Origin: a virus
Direction: 5' to 3' (one strand)
DNA length: 64,000 nt
IMG/VR virus record: IMGVR_UViG_3300035698_024626
Coordinates: 12,818 to 76,817 of that record
Within the stretch, counting starts at the first letter, position 1; every line of letters starts with the position of its first letter. Of this stretch, positions 30,337-41,613 are shown piece by piece. The notes beneath the pieces are model-generated. The model was not told where the DNA came from. It saw only the letters and a program-made list of their open reading frames with translations, and did no database searches. The translations under genes were made by a program, and so were the position numbers.

Positions 30337-30913
30337 AATCTTGTATCCCCACAAGGAGACTGATGTGTGTAATTTCGCTTCTATGATTGTCATGAAAAAT
30401 GAAACTGTTCATTGTTTTCCAGGAATTGATGCGCATCACGAGATACTCGAATTGGCGGGTATCAGTGATATTAGGAGTGCTTATCTAACACCTAATTTTG
30501 CTAAAATAGAGATTATCCCAGTAAAAGGGAAAGAGCCTAACGATTGGAGGTTAATAGTAGACGAGTGCACGGACCCTAGCTGGTTCACGGCTTCTCATAA
30601 AAGGGCGTGTTTCGCTGCTCTTCATGGTTTATTGAAAAAAGAAGCAAAGGGTTGCGAAATAGTTTTCCCCGATGGCAGTTGGCGAAAGATTTTTAGAATT
30701 AATGGAGTTTTACATCGGAAAGGGGGTCCAGCTTCTACCACAGTAGAAAAGGATGGTAGCTGGACAGAAGAATACTACTGTAACGGAAAATTCCATAGAA
30801 TCAATGGGCCTGCTCTCATAGAGGTAGGTACCGATGGTGACTGGTTCGAAGATTACTATGTTAAAGGCAAACTCATTCGTTCAATCAGTGGATGTGCGCC
30901 ACCAAATAACTAG
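30317..30913 (+). CDS. Protein with LHRxxGPA-type repeats
   Basis: NGVLHRKGGPA...EEYYCNGKFHRINGPA...EDYYVKGK. Confidence 0.65.
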   Translation: MQNSGIEILYPHKETDVCNFASMIVMKNETVHCFPGIDAHHEILELAGISDIRSAYLTPNFAKIEIIPVKGKEPNDWRLIVDECTDPSWFTASHKRACFAALHGLLKKEAKGCEIVFPDGSWRKIFRINGVLHRKGGPASTTVEKDGSWTEEYYCNGKFHRINGPALIEVGTDGDWFEDYYVKGKLIRSISGCAPPNN

Positions 30914-30941
30914 AAAGCAACAAAGTCCGGAGAATTGATCG

Positions 30942-33233
30942 ATGTCAAAAAAGAAGAAATCGGGAGAAGAAACACTGCTGAGGTGGCGGTGCGAAAAGTG
31001 CGGCGCAATAAGTAAATCAACCAGCGATCCCATTGAATTAGCGCAAATCAACATTCCTGTTTGCTACAATCACGGTGGGGGTTGCTATCCTGCAATGAGT
31101 CTCTGCGAAACTGACCTCCAGCCGATACTTAAAACTCTGCGTCTCTCTACATTTATCCTGTCTAGGATCATCGCGGGAAACGCCGAGGAAGTCAAAAAAG
31201 CGATGATCGGGGCTGCAAAGGTCGTGCCGAATAACATCAAAATGCTGGTGGACTACGGCGAGTACGACCAATGGATGGAGGAATTTTCCCGTGAGTGAAA
31301 ACCCACGATGGATCGGTAGACAATTCTGCAAGACAGAGAAAGTGGGGTAAAATGGCACGGATCAGCGAAATCATCTTAGGTCTTGAGATTCTTGCACAGT
31401 ATTGCCCAGAAGGGGAATCGACTCACTTGGGTAGTGCTGAACAAGATGTCCTCTACCTCTACGGTCCAAAGATAGATGGAAATGTCAGTCCCGACGACGC
31501 CCAAGCATTGGTGGGTCTCGGTTGGTACTTCGACGAGAAAAATCCCTTGTGGGCGTGTTTCGTATAGGGAGCAATCGGACTATGGCGACTAAAATGAAGT
31601 TGGAACTAACCCCCGATATGAGCGACGAAGAAATCAAGGAAGTCGCCGAAAGAGACATTGGGGTGGAGTACGTCTCAGAAATTTGCCGGCGCTGCGGGTC
31701 TTTTTGGGTCGATGGTGACGCTCATACAGACAAGGCAACTATCCTTTCTGTTTGTCACTGTTGTTCTAGACCTGGAAGAAACAATCGTCGATGGCATTGT
31801 TAGAACAATCATTTTTAGGAGAACAAATCGTGGGTAATAATGGAAGATCATCGAGTGACACCTCAAGCAGTAGCATCGGATTCGTTGGTTTACTAACCCT
31901 CCTCTTCATTATCCTCAAACTAAACCCTGGTAGCCATTTAACCACGCCAATTGCAGAATGGCCTTGGTTTGAGTGGTGGGGAGTGTGTGTTATCTGCCCC
32001 TTTCTTTGGTCTGTGTATCTGATCATTGCTATCGTTGTAGCGGCTGGTTGCATCGCCGCAACTCTCTTCGCAATCAAACGCTCATAACCGAAAAAATCCT
32101 TGAAGATAGCTGAGACACATACGATAGGAGAGAACCCGTGGATCAAAAGACAAAAGATTGGGCGGAAAGTCGTGGGTTCTCTTTGCGGGAGCCTACTCGA
32201 AAAATTGAGGGTCAAAAAGGCTTTGGGTATCCCGCCCACCCGTATCGAAGCCACAAGGTCGTCAAACTCACGAGAGGGCTCGACCAACAATGGAAGCGAA
32301 ACAGCAAAACCACCGTCCGCGTCAAGAGTAGCCGGGCAACAGCCAGTCGCAGGGCTCGTCGGATTGACGGGTCTGTCCACTATTTGGTTTCTAGTTCCGA
32401 ACTGGTGGGGATTGCGAGAGACCCAGCAGCGGTTGCCGATCAAGAAAGAGCGTACAAGAAACTCAAGCGTCGGCGTAACAGAAATAATAGGGCGAGGAGG
32501 GGTCATAAACGGTCAAACAATCCTTCCTAAAATGTAGAGGCCAGCCATGAAATGCGAAGTAACAGAATGTGGGTACACCCCAAACGGCTTACGAGTACAA
32601 GCCATAACAGATGCTATGGGGGCGCAAGTGGTTGTTGGAAGAGACCCAACATCTAGCGATGAAAACCTACTAAGCGAACCTCTCGCCGACCATCAGGCAG
32701 CGGTTTCTCTGGGTAAAGATGTTGTAAAACACGGTATTGACGTTTATCATGAATGGCGAGGTCCAATTAATTCGTTAATTGCATTCGCAGAAGCCATGTT
32801 CTATGCAATGGTGATGGACCTGAGCGGGAACTAGTGGATTATGCGACACGATAACGTAACCGATCCAATTTGCGCAGAGAACTGCCTAGACGTATGTGTT
32901 GACTACAACAGCGTGGCCAACAAACATGTCTTGTCTATTTTAATGGAAGAAAACCAGTAATTACTCATACCTCGTAAAAGGAGATCAATCATGAGTTACG
33001 ATTCAAAGTCGAAAAAGAAGCAGGAAACTCCAGTCTGGACTACGGAGAGAGGACTAGCTTTGTTGGATTCTCATAACAACCAACAAAACAACAACCCATT
33101 CTTCAAGAGAGAGGTAGTGATAAAAGTTGATGGCGAAGATAAAAAATTCACCATCGGCCAAAAGTGTCCAGTCTGCAAACACCGCATTCGCGGCGTAAAC
33201 CATTGCGAAGGCGATCATCATAAAAAACGTTAG
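30942..33233 (+). other. Train of small hypothetical genes (30942-31298, 31352-31567, 31582-31803, 31822-32087 membrane protein, 32138-32530 Arg-rich, 32547-32834, 32991-33233)
   Basis: Co-oriented ORFs with GGAG-type RBS; SSSSIGFVGLLTLLFIILKL is a common phage membrane-protein pattern. Confidence 0.55.
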
Positions 33234-34030
33234 AGGTATTCTCTTTTACGCTTAACCACAATTTTCAGGAGATTTTTTAGTGAATGTAGAACCAGTCAAT
33301 AGGGAAATCCGGTCGCCTGTGAAGATTGTTCCTTGTACATGCGTTCATCTATTCCAGGACATGACGTATGGGAGAGGAAATCGAGTGGCCAACAAATGCA
33401 AGGCTGGGGAGGGGTATCGGTGTACCGTGTGCGGCGCAAAGCATCGGTAGGACTGCAAAAAGGGTTCGATGGCGGAACCAGTTTGGAGTGTTTCAATGAA
33501 ACGACTACGGAGGTGGTGGCTATACCAAGATAAGTTGTTCTTTATAATCGTAGCAATATGCATCATACATGTGTGTTTTACGTGGTGTTGGGCAATAACA
33601 CTTATTATCGAAACACTGGAGGAATGCAAATGCGGCAGTTGATGAAACGACCACTGATTGACATCGAAACCAAACTGAGGCGACGTAGCCCGCTTGCTCC
33701 GCTCATTAGATTTGAAGTGGACGCGAGGAAGTAACGGAGACAGGAGAAACAAAGTGAAAGCGATAAAATTCGAGGTGTCCGAAAAAGAATTAGCGTTCCT
33801 TCCAGCAATGTCTATTGACCCCGAACTCTATAGTGTCGTCCACGTCCCCGAAACAGGTAACTACATGGTTCACGTCACGTCCAATTTTGGAGTTGAGTGG
33901 TTGATTAGATGGTTCATTGGTAGAGAGAGACAAAGAAAATAAGGAATGTCTCCTCCCCCAGAGGCCGGTAGTCCAATTGGTGGAACAGCGGTTTTGATCT
34001 CTTCGCTCCCATTTTATTTGGAGAACAGTA

Positions 34031-36220
34031 ATGAGTGTCCCTATTGATGTTAAAAAAATTACTAACGATTACTATAAATGGTGTGAAGAAGCCGGGGTTG
34101 ACAGAATCGAAGAACCATCTTTCCACTATGATTCAATCCCACCCGACAACTTAGGCATTACTTCCCCAGTCGATGGAATGAAACTGACTCCAGAAGAAGC
34201 AGAACGCCACATGAAAGAGAAACGAGATCGAGCTTGGCGAAAAAAGTTTGGATAAACATCGTAAAGGAGAAATAATTATGACTCAGTGTTCTGAATGTGG
34301 AAGCGGGGCAGATTACAGCGCAATCGTGGCGATTGGTGTAAAAATTCCATCAAAGGATTTCTACAGAGAAACCGACACCAAACACCGTGGTTGTTATCAT
34401 CGTGCACAAAATACACACCATTGCCCACAATGTGGGTCAGTAATGTGGATTCCTGACCGACCAACTTGCGTACTACCTTGTTCTAAACACGCAGATCATC
34501 ACAGACCAAATGAAGTAGAGGACGCAACAGGCCACAAGTATCCTGTAATCTACAGTGGTGCGTATAAACCTGATTTTGCTATCGTAGCCACCCATTTTAT
34601 CAAATGCACTGATTCCGGCTGGGAGGACGATTACGGCCTACTTCCTCCAGCTTCGCCAGAAAGAAACGCTTCTCTGAAAGGTTTTTTAGAAGCTTACGAT
34701 CTTTGGAACGAAGATAAGTTTGGTACTTGGTGCGTATTGTTCTGGCATGACTGAGAGTAGAATGGCACACTGCATGAAATAGAAACAAAATCGGAGAAAA
34801 CAATGTCATCGATAGCATTCATAATTGATTATCACAGGGGTATCCACCAGTGGACAGATAAGCAACTCATTACCATACTTCTGGTCATGCTCAATCACTT
34901 CGAGGGTGATTTGATAGACGATGTGGACGTGGAGTGTTATTTCCACGAGGAAAACTTATGACACATTTCGTAGAAATCACACAAATCACCAAACAGGGCA
35001 GACAAAGCCCATATGGACAACAATGGTCGGCGTCCATGGGAGATGACCACAGGGGACATTACGAAACAAAGAACGGTCAAAGGTCTCCAGAAGCAGCGCT
35101 TCGGAATCTGGCAGAAATGGTTCGGGGAGAAAGCATCTGGGGAACTTTTGTCTCAAACGAGTGTGAATCGTACACAACAGAACCTCGAACCGGAGTTGAG
35201 TCACATCTCTACGAAATTCAAAGGGAAAGCCTCGCGGTGGCTGCACGTCACCAGCAGCAAGAAGAACGATTGACTGTTATCATATTTGAGGCAATAGCAA
35301 TAATAACGGCTATTTGTGCGTTAGTCCTTTGAAGGAGAAGACAAATGCTGTCAATCACAATACACGACGCTTTAGTTAAACTTCAACAGATGAAAGCGGA
35401 AAGTACTCTTGGAGACGAAACGGTACTCGTTCTGTCCCTAACCGGGTCGGAAATTTCCAACGTTCCAATCGACGATTTGGTACTCGTATCCGATAACGAC
35501 GGAGCGGTAGTGGAAGTAAGGGCTAGGCCAAGTCCGGGTCTTGGCGACTTGGGGTGCGTGGACGGTTGTTCAGGATGTGGTTACGGTAATGGATGTTTCC
35601 CTAACTATTTTGGGACATAACGATCCAGAAGTCCAAGATGATAAGTCTACGTAGAGGCTGGGGCATTGTGTGCGAAATGGTGGAAAGAGTTGAAGTATGA
35701 AAATTGCACTAATCATATCACAATACAGCGCGATTTCAGAGCTATTTATGAATGTGAACATTGCGGTCACAGACATGAAGCATCCGGCTATGACGACTCG
35801 CACTTTCACCAAACTGTCATTCCTGATATGAAATGTCCACAATGCGACCAAACAGCGAGTGCCGATTACCGTCCACTTGCACCAAAGTATTCTGACGATA
35901 CAACCGTATAAATAAGTATTGACGGTGTTGCCACGAGCATAAAAGTGAGAGGGAAACTAACAATGAGAATGCCAGTTACATACGAACTACGCTATGGGCA
36001 ACACAATATAGGAAATGATACCTATGTCTTCGGATGGACTTGGGCTCTCTATCAAAATAATATAGAAATAGTCCAATCCAACTTTCATACAACCTGTCAA
36101 GAAGCCCTCAACGAACTAACAGAACTCCTAGAATCACTTGGTGCGTCAATATCCACAATGACTGAGCGCTACCCAGACTTGCGGCGGCGGCTTACAAGAG
36201 AATACGATCAATGCGACTAA
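34031..36220 (+). other. Train of small hypothetical genes (34031-34255, 34278-34754, 34958-35332, 35345-35620, ~35690-35911, 35963-36220), several with Zn ribbons
   Basis: Co-oriented ORFs with RBS. Confidence 0.55.
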
Positions 36221-36868
36221 TACCCACGATGGCTAAGTCTAGTTTATAGTAAGTGTTTCTACGAGTCTGGCATTCCTCGATGTCGGATTCCGGAGGCGAA
36301 GCTTCGGAGGTTAGAGGTAAACCAGCCGTACCCGCCTCGCCGTAGATGGGATCGGCTCGTAGAAGCATATTGTAGTTGTGTTGTTTGGAGGTTTGTGGCT
36401 AATACGCTACAGTAATAGGTTGGTGTTGTACCCACCTTCCCTCCAATCAACGCGACGAGAAGTCTCTAAGAACGGAGAAATAAAAAATGACCGCAGACCA
36501 ACACGACGAGATGCTGCAAAACATGACGTTGGATGTACGAGAGCAATACGAGGAAGCAAGCGGCAAGGTGCTGGGTGTATTTGAAACTCAAGCTCTGAAC
36601 GATATGTTGGACAACTTCTTCTGCGAGGAATTGGCGAAATAAGCAAGATTGCAAAATAAAACGGCGTAGGCGGTCAGTAGCTCTCCTAGTCGTCCCGTTT
36701 GGGAGTCGGAGATGAAGTGCCAAAGTGGATGCGCGCTACGGAGGCAGACGCCTATGTCGTTACAAACTTTTTACCATTTCAAATCTTGTTCTTGGCAAAA
36801 CTGGCATAAAAAGATAAGATATGCTGAAAGAATGGTAGCTATAACCATTGTCATCTGGGAGTAACTAT

Positions 36869-37387
36869 ATGTCTTCCTACCTCAACGGATTTTTCAAATC
36901 GCCACAACAAATCGTGGATACGATTGTTCACGAATTGTTTAACCCACTCTTGGGTCAAGTTGACGCAATCGTTGGTAGGGGCGTTAGTGGAATTCTACCA
37001 CTAATGTCCGTATCAATAAGAACTGGCATACCCGCATACGTAGTGCGAAAACCAGGAAATGGTGCTCATTCCACGAGGAGAGTCGAAGGGAGCGGATATC
37101 TCGCAGGACGATATGTCATTATCGACGATCAAATCGACAGTGGTACCACCGTAAGAACAATCCTCAACACGTTGAAAGACCGAGAATGCGCCGGTATTAT
37201 TCTCTACAATGGTTTTGCCGACAACAAGTACAATGAATTCAGTGAGTATGATGGATTAGGGAGGTTTCCCTTTGAAAGCACCGGTTGGGAATCCACTCCA
37301 ATGAATAATTCTAACGGAATCCCAGTTATCAACGTCAGAAAAGATATAGATCAACTCATCTCGATTCATAGACTGTCGAAACCTTGA
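36869..37387 (+). CDS. Type I phosphoribosyltransferase
   Basis: IVGRGVSG...VVRK...YVIIDDQIDSGTT PRPP-binding motif. Confidence 0.82.
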   Translation: MSSYLNGFFKSPQQIVDTIVHELFNPLLGQVDAIVGRGVSGILPLMSVSIRTGIPAYVVRKPGNGAHSTRRVEGSGYLAGRYVIIDDQIDSGTTVRTILNTLKDRECAGIILYNGFADNKYNEFSEYDGLGRFPFESTGWESTPMNNSNGIPVINVRKDIDQLISIHRLSKP

Positions 37388-37394
37388 CAATCGC

Positions 37395-38024
37395 GTGGCG
37401 GAGGCATTAATCATGGGTATGTTAATAGATGTCGATCTAGATTGGTTAAACGACAAAAGAAATCCTGTACGATCGCTAAAGAGTATATTGCAACACCTAC
37501 CCCCGGATACCCCCGCCGTACTCACAATCGAACATCATCACATACTCAAACATATACGGCAATGGATTCAATCGGGAATCATAATGCCACCGTTCGACAT
37601 CATCCATATCGATCAACATCACGACTTTTATTTCAACAACCCCCCACATCACCCAGAAGGTCGAGGAATCAATTGTGGCAACTGGGGATTCAGAATACCT
37701 CTATGGTGGTATAATTCGTTTACGTGGATTCCAAACAGAAACCCTGACACAACAAATTGGGAAGACGCAATGGGGTGGCTCACCAGCCATAAAAAACGAA
37801 TCTCATTCAGGGAAAAATTGCGAGGATCAAGCTGGAAACCCATTGTTGCTACCTTTTGTGTCTCACCTGACTACTCAGACAAAAACGTAATGTCGTACAT
37901 GGACCAATTGATTGACGTTATTGTCCAATATTTTGGACTGCAACGTGCCCCCCGGCCACGCCCCGACTATAAGGGCTTCACAGAAGAAGTCGAGGCTTGG
38001 CAAAGAGTTGCGTGCCATGTTTAA
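37395..38024 (+). CDS. UPF0489 / arginase-deacetylase-fold metallohydrolase
   Basis: DVDLDW, EHHH, IHIDQHHDF, INCGNW, CVSPDY. Confidence 0.7.
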   Translation: MAEALIMGMLIDVDLDWLNDKRNPVRSLKSILQHLPPDTPAVLTIEHHHILKHIRQWIQSGIIMPPFDIIHIDQHHDFYFNNPPHHPEGRGINCGNWGFRIPLWWYNSFTWIPNRNPDTTNWEDAMGWLTSHKKRISFREKLRGSSWKPIVATFCVSPDYSDKNVMSYMDQLIDVIVQYFGLQRAPRPRPDYKGFTEEVEAWQRVACHV

Positions 38025-38035
38025 GGAGATTGACC

Positions 38036-38572
38036 GTGAACATCGACAGGACGCTAGTTATCATAGACATGCAGGATAGCTTTATTTGTTGTGGGGACGA
38101 AGAGGAGTTGATCCCCGCCATATGTAAACTGTGTCATCACGCCAAGCAAAACAAGTGGCCGATCATTCTAGTTGAGTTTAATGCAAGTGGACGTACCACG
38201 AGCGCAATTCTTGAAGCTGTAGAAAATTACCCCTTTACAGAAACGGTGACTAAAGAAACGGGCAGCGGTGGGAAAGAAGTAATGGCATGTCTCCTCCACC
38301 ATCCAGAGTGGCCGCTGAATCTTCTCGTCTGTGGCATCTATGGACCAGAATGTGTTGCCGAAACTGTTGCTGGATTACTTGACAATAGCGATCTGGTAGA
38401 AGTCGATGTCATTATAGACGCCATATATCCACCATATTGCTCATTAGCCGAACTAGACGAACATGGTCAACAACGAGAAGGTGAATTCTTTGTGAGTGAA
38501 ATCGTAGACCCAGAATATTTGGCGCAGTACGAAACTGTGAACAGTCTCCCGAAGAAGATTGTTTTATCGTAA
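38036..38572 (+). CDS. Isochorismatase/nicotinamidase-like cysteine hydrolase
   Basis: LVIIDMQDSF ... VTK ... VCGIYGPECVAETV (Asp-Lys-Cys triad). Confidence 0.78.
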   Translation: MNIDRTLVIIDMQDSFICCGDEEELIPAICKLCHHAKQNKWPIILVEFNASGRTTSAILEAVENYPFTETVTKETGSGGKEVMACLLHHPEWPLNLLVCGIYGPECVAETVAGLLDNSDLVEVDVIIDAIYPPYCSLAELDEHGQQREGEFFVSEIVDPEYLAQYETVNSLPKKIVLS

Positions 38573-38850
38573 TGTACCAAGAGAGATTAAAGGAGATATC
38601 GTATGCCTATTGGACAGAATCGTGGGGGAGAGTGGATCGGACCCCAGTAAATCCTGCACCTATTCCCAAAAAACACAAAGAAACGGATTGGAAACAGATC
38701 AAGCAACGGGTACAAATGAGAGAACTGCCCAAGGAACAAGTCCCTAGATTACTTTTCGAAGCCATACAGGAAATTGGGAGACTTCAAGAACAACTCCGAT
38801 CTTTGAGAGAACAAATACAAAAGCTTTACGACCACAGTAAATCAGATTAA
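38572..38850 (+). CDS. Hypothetical coiled-coil protein
   Basis: TAATG coupling with the upstream gene. Confidence 0.5.
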   Translation: MYQERLKEISYAYWTESWGRVDRTPVNPAPIPKKHKETDWKQIKQRVQMRELPKEQVPRLLFEAIQEIGRLQEQLRSLREQIQKLYDHSKSD

Positions 38851-38917
38851 CCCCCAAAAGGGACTGCAATGTAATCGTATCGTCCAGACCAGTTTGACCT
38901 GTATATGGAGAAATGCA

Positions 38918-39439
38918 ATGAGATTTGCTGACATCCCACAAATGACTCAGGCAAACTATAGTTGCCATCATCCCCTCCATATGCTCCCTTGGGCTATCGA
39001 TAACTACCAAAACAAAAAACTTGCTCCCCTTAATATGAACCCCGATTTCCAACGGGCACATGTCTGGACACAAGAACAAAAAACTCGCTATATGGAATTC
39101 ATCCTACGAGGGGGAAATTCTTCTAAGGACTTCTATTTCAATTGCCCTGGATGGATGGATAACTGGGAAGGGCCATTTGAACTTGTGGATGGAAAACAAC
39201 GACTTGAGGCATGTATGGGTTTTATGTCTGGCAAAGTGCCTATTTTTGGTGGACTCCGCGTCCAAGACTTCTATAACGAACCTTTTAACATTCACCTTTG
39301 TTTCCACATCAACAATCTAAAAACACGGATAGAAGTTCTCCAATGGTACTTGGACATAAACTCTGGTGGAGTTGTCCACACCACCGACGAACTTGAAAAG
39401 GTCAAAAAGCTTCTAAGACAAGAAGAGGAAAGATTATGA
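38918..39439 (+). CDS. DUF262 (ParB/Srx-fold) domain protein
   Basis: NPDFQRAHVWT and LVDGKQRL motifs; stand-alone, no nuclease domain. Confidence 0.85.
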   Translation: MRFADIPQMTQANYSCHHPLHMLPWAIDNYQNKKLAPLNMNPDFQRAHVWTQEQKTRYMEFILRGGNSSKDFYFNCPGWMDNWEGPFELVDGKQRLEACMGFMSGKVPIFGGLRVQDFYNEPFNIHLCFHINNLKTRIEVLQWYLDINSGGVVHTTDELEKVKKLLRQEEERL

Positions 39440-40275
39440 TCCTAAAACAAACCGATGATTATATCTTCATTCACGGACATGCAGGCAGAGTTCTCCTAAA
39501 AAATAACATCACAAAGCAACATGAAGTCTGGGTAAGGGCGGAGCCAGGAGCGTTAGCAAGTATTATCTGGTGCTTTTACAACCATTCATTTTGGTTGACT
39601 TTCGATCACGTAGCTACCGAAGCCGATATTAGCGAAGCACATGAATTGTAGAAAGGAGTGAACTATGTGTAATTATTCATTTATCTGTCCAGCGTGCGGG
39701 AAAAAGGCTGGTGTCGAAGAAATCACCCTCTGTGAAGGCGTGATATCCGAAGTAACTGGCTTTCACAAAGACAAAAATGGCAACTTTTGTGGATGTGAAT
39801 GCAAAGATGGTCATGGTTACGGCGAGATTGTTAACGTAATCTATCAATGCACTGCTTGCGGAGCAGAACTTAACTTTGTTTACGATAATAATGATGATTG
39901 CGAAATTCCGGACTGTATAACTTTAAAAAAGGAGAAACCATAATGAGCCGTTGTTACGAAATAACCATCTCGGTAATGAAGCACAACACTGGTCGTGTCG
40001 AGGAAATAGTTGATGCGTTATTGAGTCTCGGCTACGAAGCCTACTGCGACACTTTTGGGGATGTGATCCAGTTCTACTCCGAGACCATCAACATCACCGC
40101 CGGGCACAATGATGAATCGGTAGCCCGTGAAATCGTGGAGACTATCTGGGAGGCGAACGGCGCATTCTGCAAAGTCGATGTTGAAATGCTTGACTTGGAT
40201 GCTGACTATCCGTCATATTCGTGGGATGAAGCGTCTTTTGACGAATGGCACAAGGCAAGTAAAAATGAAAAGTGA
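39436..40275 (+). other. Three small hypothetical genes (39436-39651, 39665-39943 Zn ribbon, 39943-40275)
   Basis: Coupled ORFs with AAGGAG RBS. Confidence 0.55.
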
Positions 40276-40639
40276 ATTCGAAACAACAATGGAAAAGTTG
40301 AAGCAAAAGGAGTACAAAGATTATGGCAATTCCCTAAAGTGATTACATCGAAGAGGCGTGGGGTACGTGCGTAACAATAGAAATGATTCGATCGCACCAT
40401 ACCGAGACCGAAATTGAACATTTTTGCGCATGGTATTTTGGTCAGACTGGACCAGTCTTGTCAAATGGCACCCTCGGCATCTACTCTTGGGATTACGAAA
40501 GGTGGTGTAGAGAAGGGAATTTGGATCATCAATTACCAGCAACATGGGATTGAATGTAAGTAATGCAAGGATGGATGTTCCATCCTTTGGTCCGTTGTCT
40601 TGGTGGCGCATAGTCACCGATTACACATGGGAGAATGTG

Positions 40640-40879
40640 ATGATTAATGTAACTTTAATTACGAACAATGGTGCGGGCGTACCCGCGAGGATTCCTGTGG
40701 TCGAAGGTACGACCCTGGAAAAGTTCTTGGAAGTTTCGTTTGAAGGCGACCCGGATGAGTTCACTATTCGGGTTCGCGCCAACGGGGAGACTGTTGAAGT
40801 CGAGCAGGATTATGTTCTCCAGGATGGGGATCGCATTTCAATGGCACCTACTAAAATTGATGGTGCAGTAGTACTGTAA
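40640..40879 (+). CDS. Ubiquitin-like (ThiS/MoaD beta-grasp) protein, 79 aa, with C-terminal extension
   Basis: MINVTLITNNGAG...VVEGTTLEKFL...IRVRANG...DYVLQDGDRISMAPTKIDG-AVVL; RBS GGGAGA. Confidence 0.85.
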   Translation: MINVTLITNNGAGVPARIPVVEGTTLEKFLEVSFEGDPDEFTIRVRANGETVEVEQDYVLQDGDRISMAPTKIDGAVVL

Positions 40880-40964
40880 TTTATCAAGCTATACTGTAGG
40901 TTGATTTAGCCGATGGTATAACTTCGATTAACGAGTTTTAGGGAACCAACAAAAGGAGAAGAAC

Positions 40965-41204
40965 ATGAAGGGTCCAGGAACAAAAAGTCAGCAAATCCAA
41001 TCGTTGAGGGACAAGGTTGGCGCTGCCGGTGTGAAAAACGTTGACACTATCGTCAAAGATTATTCGCCAAGCGAAATTGCGTTGGCGTATAGGCTCTCTC
41101 GCAGAAGCACCGCACTTCCCAAGTCAGTTACCAATCTGTTAGGCAACCTTCCTGAAGGTGAAGCCAAGGCAATTCGCGACAAGCTTTTGGCAGCCAAGGG
41201 CTAA
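40965..41204 (+). CDS. Small basic hypothetical protein
   Basis: Strong RBS AAGGAG; followed by a terminator. Confidence 0.7.
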   Translation: MKGPGTKSQQIQSLRDKVGAAGVKNVDTIVKDYSPSEIALAYRLSRRSTALPKSVTNLLGNLPEGEAKAIRDKLLAAKG

Positions 41205-41227
41205 CGGCTACAACAAGTCAAATTCCC

Positions 41228-41266
41228 AGAGGGGGTGGGGGGAGTATTCCCCCGCCCCTTTCTTTA
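41228..41266 (+). terminator. Rho-independent terminator
   Basis: AGAGGGGGTGGGGGA-gtat-TCCCCCGCCCCTTTCTTT. Confidence 0.75.
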
Positions 41267-41315
41267 TGGTGCTAAAGCGGGAAGAAAACCAGAACCTATC
41301 CTCAAGGATTTTCAA

Positions 41316-41600
41316 ATGAATCAAATTACTTTGCAACCAACGATTTTCATCAACTATCCGCAGAAAAGCCTGAGAAGAATTGAGACCTACGGTTATCGTA
41401 TGTACGACGACGAAGGTCAAACTTATTTCAGTAGGTGGAAGTCTATCCCCGATAATAGCCTGGAGGTTCTGAGACAAGCTCTCGAAGATGCAGATGAGGT
41501 CGCTGGAGACATGTTCAGCTACGTACTAGAACACCAATGCGGAATGAACATAGGCGACGAGTGGTATGATTGGGACGAAATTAGCCATCTGTTTGAATAG
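41316..41600 (+). CDS. Hypothetical protein
   Basis: MNQITLQPTIF...; AAGGA upstream. Confidence 0.6.
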   Translation: MNQITLQPTIFINYPQKSLRRIETYGYRMYDDEGQTYFSRWKSIPDNSLEVLRQALEDADEVAGDMFSYVLEHQCGMNIGDEWYDWDEISHLFE

Positions 41601-41613
41601 GCAGAAATTCGTT

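Noticed and set aside
31766-32537. Long alternative-frame ORFs (246 aa minus, 145 aa plus)
   Set aside because: They shadow RBS-supported plus-strand genes (31822-32087, 32138-32530).
33960-34010. tRNA-like 5' half (AGGCCGGTAGTCCAATTGGTGGAACAGCGGTTTTGA)
   Set aside because: The anticodon stem does not close and no T-arm or acceptor 3' strand follows; at most a tRNA relic.
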